A DNA stretch of 64,000 nt from an uncultured virus (IMG/VR IMGVR_UViG_3300025138_000019) (Duplodnaviria > Heunggongvirae > Uroviricota > Caudoviricetes), in IMG/VR virus record IMGVR_UViG_3300025138_000019. One strand, given 5' to 3'. Positions 40,734 to 50,913 of the stretch are shown in pieces. Below the pieces are notes generated by a model that saw nothing but the letters and a program-made list of their open reading frames with translations, was not told where the DNA came from and searched no databases. The first letter of the stretch is position 1. Every line of letters starts with the position of its first letter. The translations under genes and the position numbers were made by a program.

Positions 40734-43643
40734 TTATGAATTACAGTCACATGGACTACATGAATTACAACCACCCAAGACTGGATATGCAGGGGAACTG
40801 TTGGCACAACTCACGCTTATTGTATATATGGGAATTCTTCTCACGGGTCGCAGTTTATTTTTATCGTTTACATCTTTCCTGTATGAACTGATCATATTAC
40901 CATCGGGTACACTTTGTGCATACATTCGATGTCCCTGAGAAGCTTCAAACTGCCTACCAGTTATTTCTGATGTTCTTAAATTAGGATCAGAAGTTTCGTA
41001 GTTACCAGTGCTTGGCAAAAATTTCGATCCGGAAGTAGATGTCCAATATCGTCCAGTCATAGGAATGTATCCTGTAGTCGAACTCTGCATCTGAGAATTT
41101 TTCCCAGTCATATAGTTCATCTCAACTGCACTAGGAATATACCAATCGGTAAAACCAGTATTGTTGCTTCTGTTAAAAGAAGAAATCTCGTAAGTTGCGT
41201 CACCATTTGTGTTTTGTATATCCCACATTATGGCATAGTAAAGATCAAAATTAGTTTCAACTGCATCTCTGAGTGCGGCTTCATTATCAAAGTCAAACAA
41301 TTCGATGAGAGGATACCAATTTGAAGATGTTTCTATACCATGCTTCCATCTTGTATAATCAAAATCATCCCCTAAACTAGGACCAAGATTCCAAATATGT
41401 GTGTCTTTACTGGTATCATCATAAAGTCTGGTATTCAATAATCCATCTATTACAGATGTAGCGTATGAAGTCTCACCTTGTTCAAATCCTTTATTCATAC
41501 CCCATGTCATGTCGTAGTTGTTGCTATTTCCTACGGATAGATCTTCTTTGGCAGTAACTAAAGCCCATCGACGATGAATCGTAGCTGTGCCATAATACCT
41601 AGAGGCAAAGTAAGAGTACATTATTGAGCCACCCTCATCTACAACATTGGCCTCTTCCATTTTATCGTTCAATGAAGCAGAACCGTAATCACATAATCTA
41701 GGTAAAGGATTTCCAAATTGATCTCTTCCATGGTTTATGAAAGTTTTACTTATGTGTCCTTGTTCTTGTGCGTTCCATGTATTCTCGTAAAAATCTTTAA
41801 AGTAGATTTTAAGTGGAGACGTGTGATCACAGGGACAAGTCTGTTGGTTTTCTGTTCTTGGTCCAACAGAGGAGACATAACTTCTTGGTGTGCCAGGAAA
41901 CAACGAACCATTTGCTTGACAATATTTCTGGATTAAGTTAGAACCATCTTCATTTGCACCAGTGTGTGTTTCCATGCAGTATATGGGGGGTCCTTTTGCC
42001 AAGTCTGGATTATTTACAGTAGTACAAGTTGATGGTTCTCCAATGTAACCTACAAAAATACCTCCACCAAATTCATCACCAACTCGAATACCATCCACAC
42101 ATGGTTGAGTGTTCAGTTGACAAGAATCTTCTCCTTGTTCGGAGATGGGAGGTCTGCAACACTCCACATAATTTGGTTCATCAGGAAAATCGCATTGTGT
42201 TCCGATTCCATGAAAAACTCCAGACTCTGTGTCACCATCATTATCAATATCTTTATTCACAGCACAACCAAAAGCAGAGTCTTGGGTGCAGATTTCACCT
42301 CTACAACACGCACCGAAATATCCTTCGGTACAACAATTTACCCAATTGGGAGCGGTCTCATCACATGATCTACCCTCAAAGAATACACCATCAATTAGAT
42401 CACAAAATTCAGCATCGACTGATAGACAAACCCCGTCTTTACAACAGGCTCCATCACCCGGACATTTGTTTGGACAACCACCAGATTCTTGTATTTCTGC
42501 ACAGGTTTTATCTGCAAATAATCCACCGATTTCATCACACTTTTCTTTTGTGCTTCTTACACATCCATCATTTACACAACAAGAACCTTCAACAAAGCAG
42601 TTTGGACCTTCTTGTCTGTCTAAACATGTTACTGTATCAAACACACCTTCGATTGCATCACAAAAAGCTTTTGTAATATAATCATCACAAGTTGTAGTAA
42701 AGTCTCCAGATTCTCTGGAACAATAACAACAAGATCCTATTGTATTCTCAAACAACGCCCCCAACTTTTGGGATGGTGTTTTTATCTTCTTTGTTCCAAC
42801 TGTTCTATCTCTGAATTTAAACTGTGCCTGTATTTGATCTTTAGTTAAACCAGACTGATTTAGTATATTTGACATTGGTAGATAAACACCAAAGCATACA
42901 CCTGCCACTGTTTCTAGTGGATCTCCACCGCCAAAGAAATTGTGTGTTCCATGAATTTTTTCACTTCCACTAGCCCCACTAACACCCGGTGTTAAATCCT
43001 GTACATTCCAGTTCACCAACGAGGGCTGACTGCCGGGAACCTGTCCGGCATCAATTGAAGAAAAACTTTCTCTCACTATCTTAAAAGTAAACCCAACAGA
43101 TCCAGAACTTCCGGTGTTTGCAACAGGAGTGGGATCATAAGTTAAACCTCTTGCTCCCTTGCCACCAGTTCGTCCATCTCTAGTGAAGAAAACAATTTCT
43201 CCAGTGTTTCCAATTTTCCCAACATCATATGTTTTACCACTAAGAACTATTTCATCGGTTCCATTTGAACCATGAATTGGATGTGCGATTATATCACTAC
43301 CAGAAATTCTTAATCGTTTGAATGTTGCAGTGTTTCCATCTACTGATTTTAGTATGCTGTTATAAGTACCACCATAAACAGGAGCAGCGATAAAAATGCC
43401 TTCGGGTAAAATATCACCTGTAGCTCCGATTATATTATCAATGGTAAACTCTTTACCATCAGTAAGACTGATCTTAATTCCGGAAGCTGACACTCCAACT
43501 ATGTTAGATATCCCAGCACCAGTATTACCCCTACTTCCTAGAGTATAGCCACCAGTAGTTCCAGTTGCTCCCTTTGCTCCGGTAGGTCCAGTAGGTCCAA
43601 CAGGACCCGGTGCCACTATGATATGTCTACTACTTCCAGGCAT
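40734..43643 (-). CDS. Putative tail fibre: collagen-like N-terminus, four G[AS]CC repeats, DUF1566-like C-terminus
   Basis: GPVGPTGPTGAKGATG; G[AS]CC x4; VGDEFGGG, DWYIPSAVEM, YWTST, LRPVRR. Confidence 0.75.
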   Translation of the reverse strand: MPGSSRHIIVAPGPVGPTGPTGAKGATGTTGGYTLGSRGNTGAGISNIVGVSASGIKISLTDGKEFTIDNIIGATGDILPEGIFIAAPVYGGTYNSILKSVDGNTATFKRLRISGSDIIAHPIHGSNGTDEIVLSGKTYDVGKIGNTGEIVFFTRDGRTGGKGARGLTYDPTPVANTGSSGSVGFTFKIVRESFSSIDAGQVPGSQPSLVNWNVQDLTPGVSGASGSEKIHGTHNFFGGGDPLETVAGVCFGVYLPMSNILNQSGLTKDQIQAQFKFRDRTVGTKKIKTPSQKLGALFENTIGSCCYCSRESGDFTTTCDDYITKAFCDAIEGVFDTVTCLDRQEGPNCFVEGSCCVNDGCVRSTKEKCDEIGGLFADKTCAEIQESGGCPNKCPGDGACCKDGVCLSVDAEFCDLIDGVFFEGRSCDETAPNWVNCCTEGYFGACCRGEICTQDSAFGCAVNKDIDNDGDTESGVFHGIGTQCDFPDEPNYVECCRPPISEQGEDSCQLNTQPCVDGIRVGDEFGGGIFVGYIGEPSTCTTVNNPDLAKGPPIYCMETHTGANEDGSNLIQKYCQANGSLFPGTPRSYVSSVGPRTENQQTCPCDHTSPLKIYFKDFYENTWNAQEQGHISKTFINHGRDQFGNPLPRLCDYGSASLNDKMEEANVVDEGGSIMYSYFASRYYGTATIHRRWALVTAKEDLSVGNSNNYDMTWGMNKGFEQGETSYATSVIDGLLNTRLYDDTSKDTHIWNLGPSLGDDFDYTRWKHGIETSSNWYPLIELFDFDNEAALRDAVETNFDLYYAIMWDIQNTNGDATYEISSFNRSNNTGFTDWYIPSAVEMNYMTGKNSQMQSSTTGYIPMTGRYWTSTSGSKFLPSTGNYETSDPNLRTSEITGRQFEASQGHRMYAQSVPDGNMISSYRKDVNDKNKLRPVRRIPIYTISVSCANSSPAYPVLGGCNSCSPCDCNS

Positions 43644-46579
43644 TAACTATCCCTTATAACCTTTGGAACTCTCCAAAGTGAATCATCGCCGGATAGATAT
43701 TTTGAATCACATCTAATCAAACGAACTGGTCTTACTTTGTATTTATTTTCTAAACGATTTGCTTTATATGTAAAGAATTGAGTAACATCTCCATTAGGAT
43801 TGAAGTGCATTGCCCAAGCTTCGGATCCAGATATAATACTTCCATCACCCAGAACTACACCCTCACCACTCACACCGGATCCTAAAGTTGATCCAGCATA
43901 TTCATTAAAGGCTCCAGTTGATGTCCAGTGCCAACCATCAACTGGAACACCTTCATGTTCTAGTAGTTTTACATTTAAGTTAAAGTTGTAGTAGTCATCA
44001 TCACTGGTACAGTTTGCAGCAATAAACGCCATCTCATCATGACTGGGTAAATACCAGTTCGATACTGCTGCTGGGTTTTCTCCTGTTTGTCCGTCAGAAG
44101 TTAACCCGTCAGATAATAATCTAGCAGCTCTAAAAGATGTCATCTCACCTGCGGTTGGACCAAACAAACTCTGATCAAATCTAACATCGAACTTGCCATC
44201 ACTATAGTTATCAGCGGAAACTAGTCGTATTGTATTTAACAGTCCCCAATTTCTTCTCCAATATCCATTATTGGCTTGCTTTGGATGTGTTGCAGCCCAC
44301 AACTGAGGATCTGTCCTAGTTCCTCTTGCTTTTTCACACGAAACAAAAGTATTGCTGTTTAGGTTATTGAGTGACTTCGAATACTTGGAATCATACCAAT
44401 AACCCTCATTACCAATATAACTTTCGTAGTTTGGTAAGTCATTATATTTTCCGTTTATTTCATCGTACAGTGGACCCCAGGCACACCCAGAGTTACCCCA
44501 AACAAACTCTTCTTGCGTAAAAGGACTACCGTAGTCTGACAGAGTTGAGCCAGAAATTGCAATCGGTTCTTTGGAAACTATGAGAAGATATGAATCTGGC
44601 AGTGGTTCTCCTGCAACAGGCAAATCTGTTCTAAAGAAAGGGTTGCAATTACTAGCAGTTCCACCACTTATACCATATCCATTATAGTCATATGAACTGT
44701 AATAGTATTCAGAGTTTCTCATATTTCCATCAATCAAACTCATGGTGTTTCCCGGACTAAATGCATGTCTCGCACCAAGAAGTTTAGATCCATATGGGTT
44801 GTATAATCCAACAACCACACCTCCGGCAAATTCATCGCCTGGTTTTATTTGCTGTGAACCAATTATACCAGAGCAACTACTTGTTGCTTTATTTGTGCAG
44901 TTTACTTGAGAACATGTGGTTCCTTTTCCTGCGTAGTATCCACCTGTTGCGATACAAGAATCTCCTGAGATTCCGCTATCACAATCTCCTGATGATCGGC
45001 AGCAAGCCCCGGTTCCCCCATAACAGCGATTCTCTCCGTTTTCGTCAATACATTGAACCCCGAGTCCGTGGAAAAATCCACCCGACTCTACACAATCATA
45101 GTGTGTTTTTAGTTCACAATCACCAACACCATTACAACATGCTCCGAGATCTCCAAAAGCAGAATTGCAACTAATATCCACACAAGATATATCATTACCA
45201 CCAAAAATGGTTTCTATATTTTCTTCCAAACCTAATGATAAACATTCATATGCAGTCATTTGCTGGCATTGTATATTCCCAAAGTCGGTGTTTTTTATAC
45301 AACATGGACCTTTTACATTACAGATGTCACAAGTAGATCCTGTTCCACCAAAAGTCCCACCGGCAATACAAGTATCACAAGTAGAGCCAACTCCCTGAAA
45401 ATAACCATTCGTACAACCATCTATTGTTCTAAGATCACAAGTTCCTGATGCACTACAACATGCCCCGACACCAGTTACATCTTCAAATGAACCTTCAAAA
45501 TTTCTAAACAGCGGATCATCTTGATTTGGGTTACATGAAAATACCAGTGAGTCTGATACAGATAGACCATCTAGAGTAACACCACCAATAGAAACTGGAC
45601 CTTGAGATACTAGGTTTCCATACCAAAGACCATCAACCCAAAAGAAATTGTAAAGTTGTTCCACACCAATGTTATTATCATCTAAAGAAAAACATGGGAC
45701 TCTATTGTACGGAAATACAACGTTTGTTCCAAATCTCTGATATGAATCATTGAAAGGATTATGGTGCCTTTTCATGAATATACTAATTGCATGACCTTTA
45801 TCAGAATCTTCTGGAGGTAATATGTTAAAAACTACACGCCTTCCAGTAGGTACTGTGGTTGCTTCTACTATAAAGAAATCTGCTTCTCTTGGATCTATAT
45901 CAACTCGCCAAGTAAAAAAGTCTTCTAATAACGTGTAGTTATTGGAACTTGTTCCTATGATCTTAAATCTTTCTGCATACCTTGATATCGCAGATTCTAG
46001 AGTTTCTTCTATAGGATCGTATTTTATTCTATCGCCAGTTGCAGCCGGACCAAGCTTAAAAGGACCGCTGACTCCCTCTGGTATAAATGATCTTATAATA
46101 TCATTTTTAGTTGCTGCTTCATCTAGTTCTATGCTACCAACGAAACCAACATTATAGTCTATTACAATTTCATTTCCATCAATAGTCTCGAAGACATTTA
46201 AACCAAATCCAGTAGCAGTTATAGGTCTAACTGAAATTCCTTGGAGTTGATCTCCACAAACACCATCATACAAACCAATACCAGTCGATCCTTCGGCGGT
46301 TCCTGTTATGAACTGGAAGGACGGACCTGTATAACCTACAAGCGCCCCGTCTGCGTACAACACAACACCAGAGCTAAATCCCTGTTCTAGTGTAGATCCT
46401 GCTAAGGTAAATCCTAGTAGTTCGTTTCCAGTGCCACCACTGAGTCCATATGAAAGCGGTCCAGTATGTCCTTTGGGACCACTAGGACCTGACAGTCCAA
46501 TTGGACCTGTAGATCCACCGGACTGACCGGCGTGGATGAAGCTTACTGCACTGCTTCCATAAGTACCTTGTCTTGCCAC
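43643..46579 (-). CDS. Putative tail fibre: collagen-like N-terminus, four G[AP]CC repeats, DUF1566-like C-terminus
   Basis: GPIGLSGPSGPKGHTGP; G[AP]CC x4; PGDEFAGG, NWYLPSHDEM, HWTST, VRPVR. Confidence 0.75.
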   Translation of the reverse strand: MARQGTYGSSAVSFIHAGQSGGSTGPIGLSGPSGPKGHTGPLSYGLSGGTGNELLGFTLAGSTLEQGFSSGVVLYADGALVGYTGPSFQFITGTAEGSTGIGLYDGVCGDQLQGISVRPITATGFGLNVFETIDGNEIVIDYNVGFVGSIELDEAATKNDIIRSFIPEGVSGPFKLGPAATGDRIKYDPIEETLESAISRYAERFKIIGTSSNNYTLLEDFFTWRVDIDPREADFFIVEATTVPTGRRVVFNILPPEDSDKGHAISIFMKRHHNPFNDSYQRFGTNVVFPYNRVPCFSLDDNNIGVEQLYNFFWVDGLWYGNLVSQGPVSIGGVTLDGLSVSDSLVFSCNPNQDDPLFRNFEGSFEDVTGVGACCSASGTCDLRTIDGCTNGYFQGVGSTCDTCIAGGTFGGTGSTCDICNVKGPCCIKNTDFGNIQCQQMTAYECLSLGLEENIETIFGGNDISCVDISCNSAFGDLGACCNGVGDCELKTHYDCVESGGFFHGLGVQCIDENGENRCYGGTGACCRSSGDCDSGISGDSCIATGGYYAGKGTTCSQVNCTNKATSSCSGIIGSQQIKPGDEFAGGVVVGLYNPYGSKLLGARHAFSPGNTMSLIDGNMRNSEYYYSSYDYNGYGISGGTASNCNPFFRTDLPVAGEPLPDSYLLIVSKEPIAISGSTLSDYGSPFTQEEFVWGNSGCAWGPLYDEINGKYNDLPNYESYIGNEGYWYDSKYSKSLNNLNSNTFVSCEKARGTRTDPQLWAATHPKQANNGYWRRNWGLLNTIRLVSADNYSDGKFDVRFDQSLFGPTAGEMTSFRAARLLSDGLTSDGQTGENPAAVSNWYLPSHDEMAFIAANCTSDDDYYNFNLNVKLLEHEGVPVDGWHWTSTGAFNEYAGSTLGSGVSGEGVVLGDGSIISGSEAWAMHFNPNGDVTQFFTYKANRLENKYKVRPVRLIRCDSKYLSGDDSLWRVPKVIRDS

Positions 46580-46595
46580 TGCGTCACCTTCCAGA

Positions 46596-47780
46596 TTAAG
46601 TTAGATTTAAAGTGCTCTCTACAGTAGCTTTATGTGTATCTAATGCAGTAAGTTTGTCATACAAATCGACAGGAGATCCTGTCTTACTCTGATTATATAT
46701 GGTCGCAGTGTCAGTGACGGTTAGGTTTTCTATAGTAACACTAGATGGAATTGAAACTGCGCTGGTAGAACTTACTTTGATATAGGGATATAACTCAATT
46801 TGTCTTTGAGTGTTCTGACCAACGATGACTGTCTCTGTTTTTCTTGAAAATATGGGTGTTGTAAACGCATAATGTGTATTGGATGATATTGTCCAAGTTC
46901 CTGATGCAATAGTAATTTTACCGGAGGAATCAGCCAATCCAGTAATTTTTCCTGACCCATCACTAGATTTTCTTACATCAAAATAATTATCTACGGTGTT
47001 TGCTCCAACAACTTGACCACTCCAAGTTATTCTTCCATTTGTTTGCTGGATTGCAGAACTTCCGATTAAACCCGGATCTGGCGGTGTATTGACATAAATT
47101 CTTTCGTCCAAAGATGAAAGAGATGCCGATGAATTCAATGCACCATATAAATCTTTGTAATCTAAAATTGTAAAGGTCAGAGGTCTGTCACATCTTTTCC
47201 AATTGTAAGAATCAGATTCTGTTATTGAATAAATCAACGCGCCAGGAGGCTCTGTTCCAACTTCACTTGAAATTTCCTCTCCACCGATAATGTAACCAAC
47301 ATAGTTTAAAACTTGTGCATTAAAGCCTGGAGTTTTAATTTTTTGTATAACTGGTTTTACAACATATCCCGGATTGTTTGGTGCAAGAGCCTGCAATACA
47401 CCGCTAGTATTTCCCGACAGGAAGTAAACATCTTCTCCACCCGCACCGCCAGTCACACCGTCTTCATCTTTTTCTTGTCTGAGTGTGATTGGACCTGTAT
47501 CTGGATAATTTATCATTCCATAAAGAACAACATTAAGATTAGATCCAGTAATACTCTCTACTACACCAAAAACTTCGGCATTGGCAGGATCATTTGCGAG
47601 AGATGTCACATACCTGTTCAATCCCGGATCGTAACGAACTACATGGCCAGCACTTAATCCATTTTCTACAGAATATTCATCAGCATCCCTAGAGATGGTG
47701 GTGAGTAATCGAGCACCAACTGTATTAAGGTTAGCGACACTTCTAATTGAATCAATGTTTGATGAACTATAACTGGGCAT
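46596..47780 (-). CDS. Virion structural protein (fibre/baseplate-associated)
   Basis: G.VVR...A...AEV.GVV...YFLS...G.L...P...V.KPV module shared with 47794..50097. Confidence 0.6.
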   Translation of the reverse strand: MPSYSSSNIDSIRSVANLNTVGARLLTTISRDADEYSVENGLSAGHVVRYDPGLNRYVTSLANDPANAEVFGVVESITGSNLNVVLYGMINYPDTGPITLRQEKDEDGVTGGAGGEDVYFLSGNTSGVLQALAPNNPGYVVKPVIQKIKTPGFNAQVLNYVGYIIGGEEISSEVGTEPPGALIYSITESDSYNWKRCDRPLTFTILDYKDLYGALNSSASLSSLDERIYVNTPPDPGLIGSSAIQQTNGRITWSGQVVGANTVDNYFDVRKSSDGSGKITGLADSSGKITIASGTWTISSNTHYAFTTPIFSRKTETVIVGQNTQRQIELYPYIKVSSTSAVSIPSSVTIENLTVTDTATIYNQSKTGSPVDLYDKLTALDTHKATVESTLNLT

Positions 47781-47793
47781 TTTTTATTCCTTC

Positions 47794-50097
47794 TTAGAAA
47801 TCCGAATCTGCAACGTAGTGAACAAAGATATCATCAAATGCCACTGCACCAGCGTTGCAGAATATTCTTATTCCACCTGGTCTAACAGTAGACGCGGTTA
47901 TTGGAACAACACCAGCAGCAGCAGTTCGCAAAGCACTATTATACCCAACAGTCCCACTTGTTTTAGTCAAATCTCTCTGTGCAGATTGATTGTATCCATC
48001 TGCTACTTTTCCTGAACTTGGAGAATAAAGACTTACTGTTGGTGCTTCTCTCATTTTGACTGGGAAATCATAATAAAACGAGAGCGTGGGTGAAGTCGTA
48101 AATCTAACAGGTTCAAAATCTGCTAAAACTTCATTGAACATGGTAACTAATCCAGTTCTAGTAGATCTATCATAACTTCTCTGATAATACCTAGAACACC
48201 TAGCCAGTTCTCTCTGAGAAAACTCTTCCGTGATTTTTTCTATTTCTGGTAGAGGATCTACAAAGCCTTTGTATAATCTCCACTGCGCCAAATCTAAAGT
48301 AGCACCAGATGTTAGATGATTTAACTTGAGTCCGAGTCCCAAGAATCCATCTGCCCTCGATACAGTTTTACCCGATGGGACTGGTGGAACAGCAAACCTC
48401 AGAGCGAACTGACTAAATTTAGTTCCCAACTGAAGTTGACTGATTTTATAATAATCATAAGTCGTTCCATCATAGTATCTCTTGAGATAAAGATCTACTA
48501 CATCTTTAGTTGCACCTCTGAGGTATCCAGAAATTGTAATGTCTTGTCCGACATAACTGTCTGCCCCCTCTATTCTGTTTTCAAACCCAGCAAAGTCTCC
48601 CGAATTACCAAAGGAGAATCCGGATGCTAGAGTGTGTGACAATTCTGTATAGAAATTGGGACTTCCTAAAACATCTTGTTGTCCAGCATCAAAATCCATT
48701 CTTCTTATTTTCGCAGCGGAAACACCAGCCCCGACTCCAGTGTAGTTGCGAATGTAGTAACGATACCAACGATCAGCAGAATAAGTATCACCAGTGCCGG
48801 TAAAGTCTGCGGTTATTCCAATATCTCTTTGCCAAATTTCGAAAGAACCATTTATTAATTCGGAACCTTCCACATTGGGATTTGGTTCTGTACTATTGAA
48901 CTGTCTATTAGTTCCTCCAGATTCACCAGATCTAAGTCCACTAACAGCACCACCTGCGCCTGGTGCATGGACAAGAACTATTTCATTTGGAGTCCTAATT
49001 AGAACTGGTTTTAATACATTACCCGGAATTGCGTTGGTTAGGTTACCACCTTCTGTTAAGTAATTAATTCCCGGAGCTATATTACCAGTAACATTACTGT
49101 CACCAATAATTCCGTGCGTGGTAATTTCAAGATACTGACTCTCGATTTTTTTGGTTACAATTCCTAGTGTTTGATCTGCAAAGTCTTGTGTAAGATTACT
49201 ACCAAAAGTAAATCCGTCTGTGCTGTTAAATCGAACGATATCACCAAGACTATATGGAGAGTTATCTCCAACGTTCGGCATTATTCTAGATCTCAAATCT
49301 CCGCCGGTAGATCCAGTCTTACCACTTAGTAATTGACCTCTATATTGCAGAAGTAGTCCTTGGTTTCCTGTGATTCCTAGCAGAACTGGCTTCGATACTA
49401 AACCTGTTATTTGTGGTTCTTCTGTGGTTATTCCGCCCATGTAATGAGTAGATGGGTTTAAGAAATATACCTGCCCTGTTGTCAATCCACTCGGACCAAC
49501 TTGAGATTGCATGAATGTATTTGTCAGGCCGGTAACATAACCGGATGTTGTGATGTCAATGATAGAAATGCCACCACACGCTCCTCCGGTCGGGGGCGAA
49601 GAAGATATGCCAGTAACCATACCTATCATTTCCGCCCGGAAACCACTGTCCGCACAAGCGTAGGTTAATCCTGCTTCACTTGAGGATGACAGTGTTCCGT
49701 GATTGCTATCCAGTCTAACGAAAGTTCCGACAGTGACTCCTGTAGTCTCTCCACCAGTTCCAAGATATCTAAAAACAGTGGCCGGAACTCTGAGTCCGCC
49801 TGTATTTTCATCGCTTGATCCAGAAAAATTCAACTCTCCAGTTACAGTTAGATCACCGGCAACGGTATGGGTAGGAACACTGGATGCCAGTTTAAGCTTG
49901 ATATGACCTGCGGTTATTGCGTTTGTAGTGGCACCAAGAACAACATCTATACCATCACCAGTACCGGCAATGTTATATAAATGCATACTGTTTAGCTTAG
50001 TAATAATTTCAGCGTTCTCTTTTTGAACCCAATCATAGAAAGTAGTATTACTGGCTAACTCTTCTATTCTTTGAAAATTATCATTTTCAATCGTCAT
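47794..50097 (-). CDS. Virion structural / tail fibre-like protein
   Basis: TF..W...N N-terminus, two copies of the ...KPVL module, then LINGSFEIWQR..ADRW and EL.RC.RYYQ motifs common in phage fibre proteins. Confidence 0.65.
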   Translation of the reverse strand: MTIENDNFQRIEELASNTTFYDWVQKENAEIITKLNSMHLYNIAGTGDGIDVVLGATTNAITAGHIKLKLASSVPTHTVAGDLTVTGELNFSGSSDENTGGLRVPATVFRYLGTGGETTGVTVGTFVRLDSNHGTLSSSSEAGLTYACADSGFRAEMIGMVTGISSSPPTGGACGGISIIDITTSGYVTGLTNTFMQSQVGPSGLTTGQVYFLNPSTHYMGGITTEEPQITGLVSKPVLLGITGNQGLLLQYRGQLLSGKTGSTGGDLRSRIMPNVGDNSPYSLGDIVRFNSTDGFTFGSNLTQDFADQTLGIVTKKIESQYLEITTHGIIGDSNVTGNIAPGINYLTEGGNLTNAIPGNVLKPVLIRTPNEIVLVHAPGAGGAVSGLRSGESGGTNRQFNSTEPNPNVEGSELINGSFEIWQRDIGITADFTGTGDTYSADRWYRYYIRNYTGVGAGVSAAKIRRMDFDAGQQDVLGSPNFYTELSHTLASGFSFGNSGDFAGFENRIEGADSYVGQDITISGYLRGATKDVVDLYLKRYYDGTTYDYYKISQLQLGTKFSQFALRFAVPPVPSGKTVSRADGFLGLGLKLNHLTSGATLDLAQWRLYKGFVDPLPEIEKITEEFSQRELARCSRYYQRSYDRSTRTGLVTMFNEVLADFEPVRFTTSPTLSFYYDFPVKMREAPTVSLYSPSSGKVADGYNQSAQRDLTKTSGTVGYNSALRTAAAGVVPITASTVRPGGIRIFCNAGAVAFDDIFVHYVADSDF

Positions 50098-50122
50098 CTG
50101 TGTGTTCCCTTACTAAAGCCTA

Positions 50123-50905
50123 TCATGCGGTATCAACCAAGTAATTATTAATAAATCTTATCGTCTGATCAGCCCGAGGGCTGGCAATTGCAGAGACTCT
50201 GGTTCTATCGGGGTTGACGGGAGTTGCCCCACCATTACTCGAACCAAAAATGACGGGAGTCAGAACTAGTTTCACTCTAACAGCGCCAAGTGGTGGTGTT
50301 CCTTCTAAACTGGAGTTATCTGCAAGATCGGGATCAAACTCAAACCCCTCTACATTTTCATTTGCAAGAAAATATTTTTTACTAATCTGGAAACCAACAG
50401 CACTGCCATTGGAAACTCCCTCAAACCTGTAAGTACCAAAGTCTCCATCACCTTCAAAATATACCCACTGCTTGAGACCACCACCAACATCGTCAGGTAA
50501 AGTTACTAAGAACCAACCCGGATCAACTTCAATCAGGCTCCCGCCGGAAGACCAACTTCCACGGACACCCACCGTGGGAGAAACCGGACATGCGCCAGGA
50601 GCGGTAACATCACCCCAACCCGGTCCAGATACATCTGCGTCTGGAGCTACTAGACCACCCCAGTTACTCATCATTGTTGTTGTTAAGGTTTGATTAAGAA
50701 AAAATCTTTCCTGAACTTCATTCAATTCAGAAGCTTGCAAAGGATATCCGGGAACGAACCCAGTGAATGTGTAATTTTTAGGAAGACCTGTTGCCTGCAA
50801 TTCTTGGTTAACTGTTCTGGCATAATAGGGAAAACTGCTAAGAGGGAATGAGAATTGTCCCCCAGCCTGTGCTTTACCGAATGGAATTAAAGATCGTTCT
50901 GCCAT
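50123..50905 (-). CDS. Structural protein with a DUF4815-like N-terminal motif
   Basis: PYY...F.PGYPLQASELNEVQ matches the gene that follows gp8 in marine T4-like phages. Confidence 0.6.
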   Translation of the reverse strand: MAERSLIPFGKAQAGGQFSFPLSSFPYYARTVNQELQATGLPKNYTFTGFVPGYPLQASELNEVQERFFLNQTLTTTMMSNWGGLVAPDADVSGPGWGDVTAPGACPVSPTVGVRGSWSSGGSLIEVDPGWFLVTLPDDVGGGLKQWVYFEGDGDFGTYRFEGVSNGSAVGFQISKKYFLANENVEGFEFDPDLADNSSLEGTPPLGAVRVKLVLTPVIFGSSNGGATPVNPDRTRVSAIASPRADQTIRFINNYLVDTA

Positions 50906-50913
50906 ATATTACC

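Noticed and set aside
31622..46579. Diversity-generating retroelement acting on the DUF1566-like domains
   Set aside because: No reverse transcriptase and no near-identical TR/VR pair are visible, and the three 3' ends are diverged at nucleotide level. A DGR elsewhere in the genome cannot be excluded.
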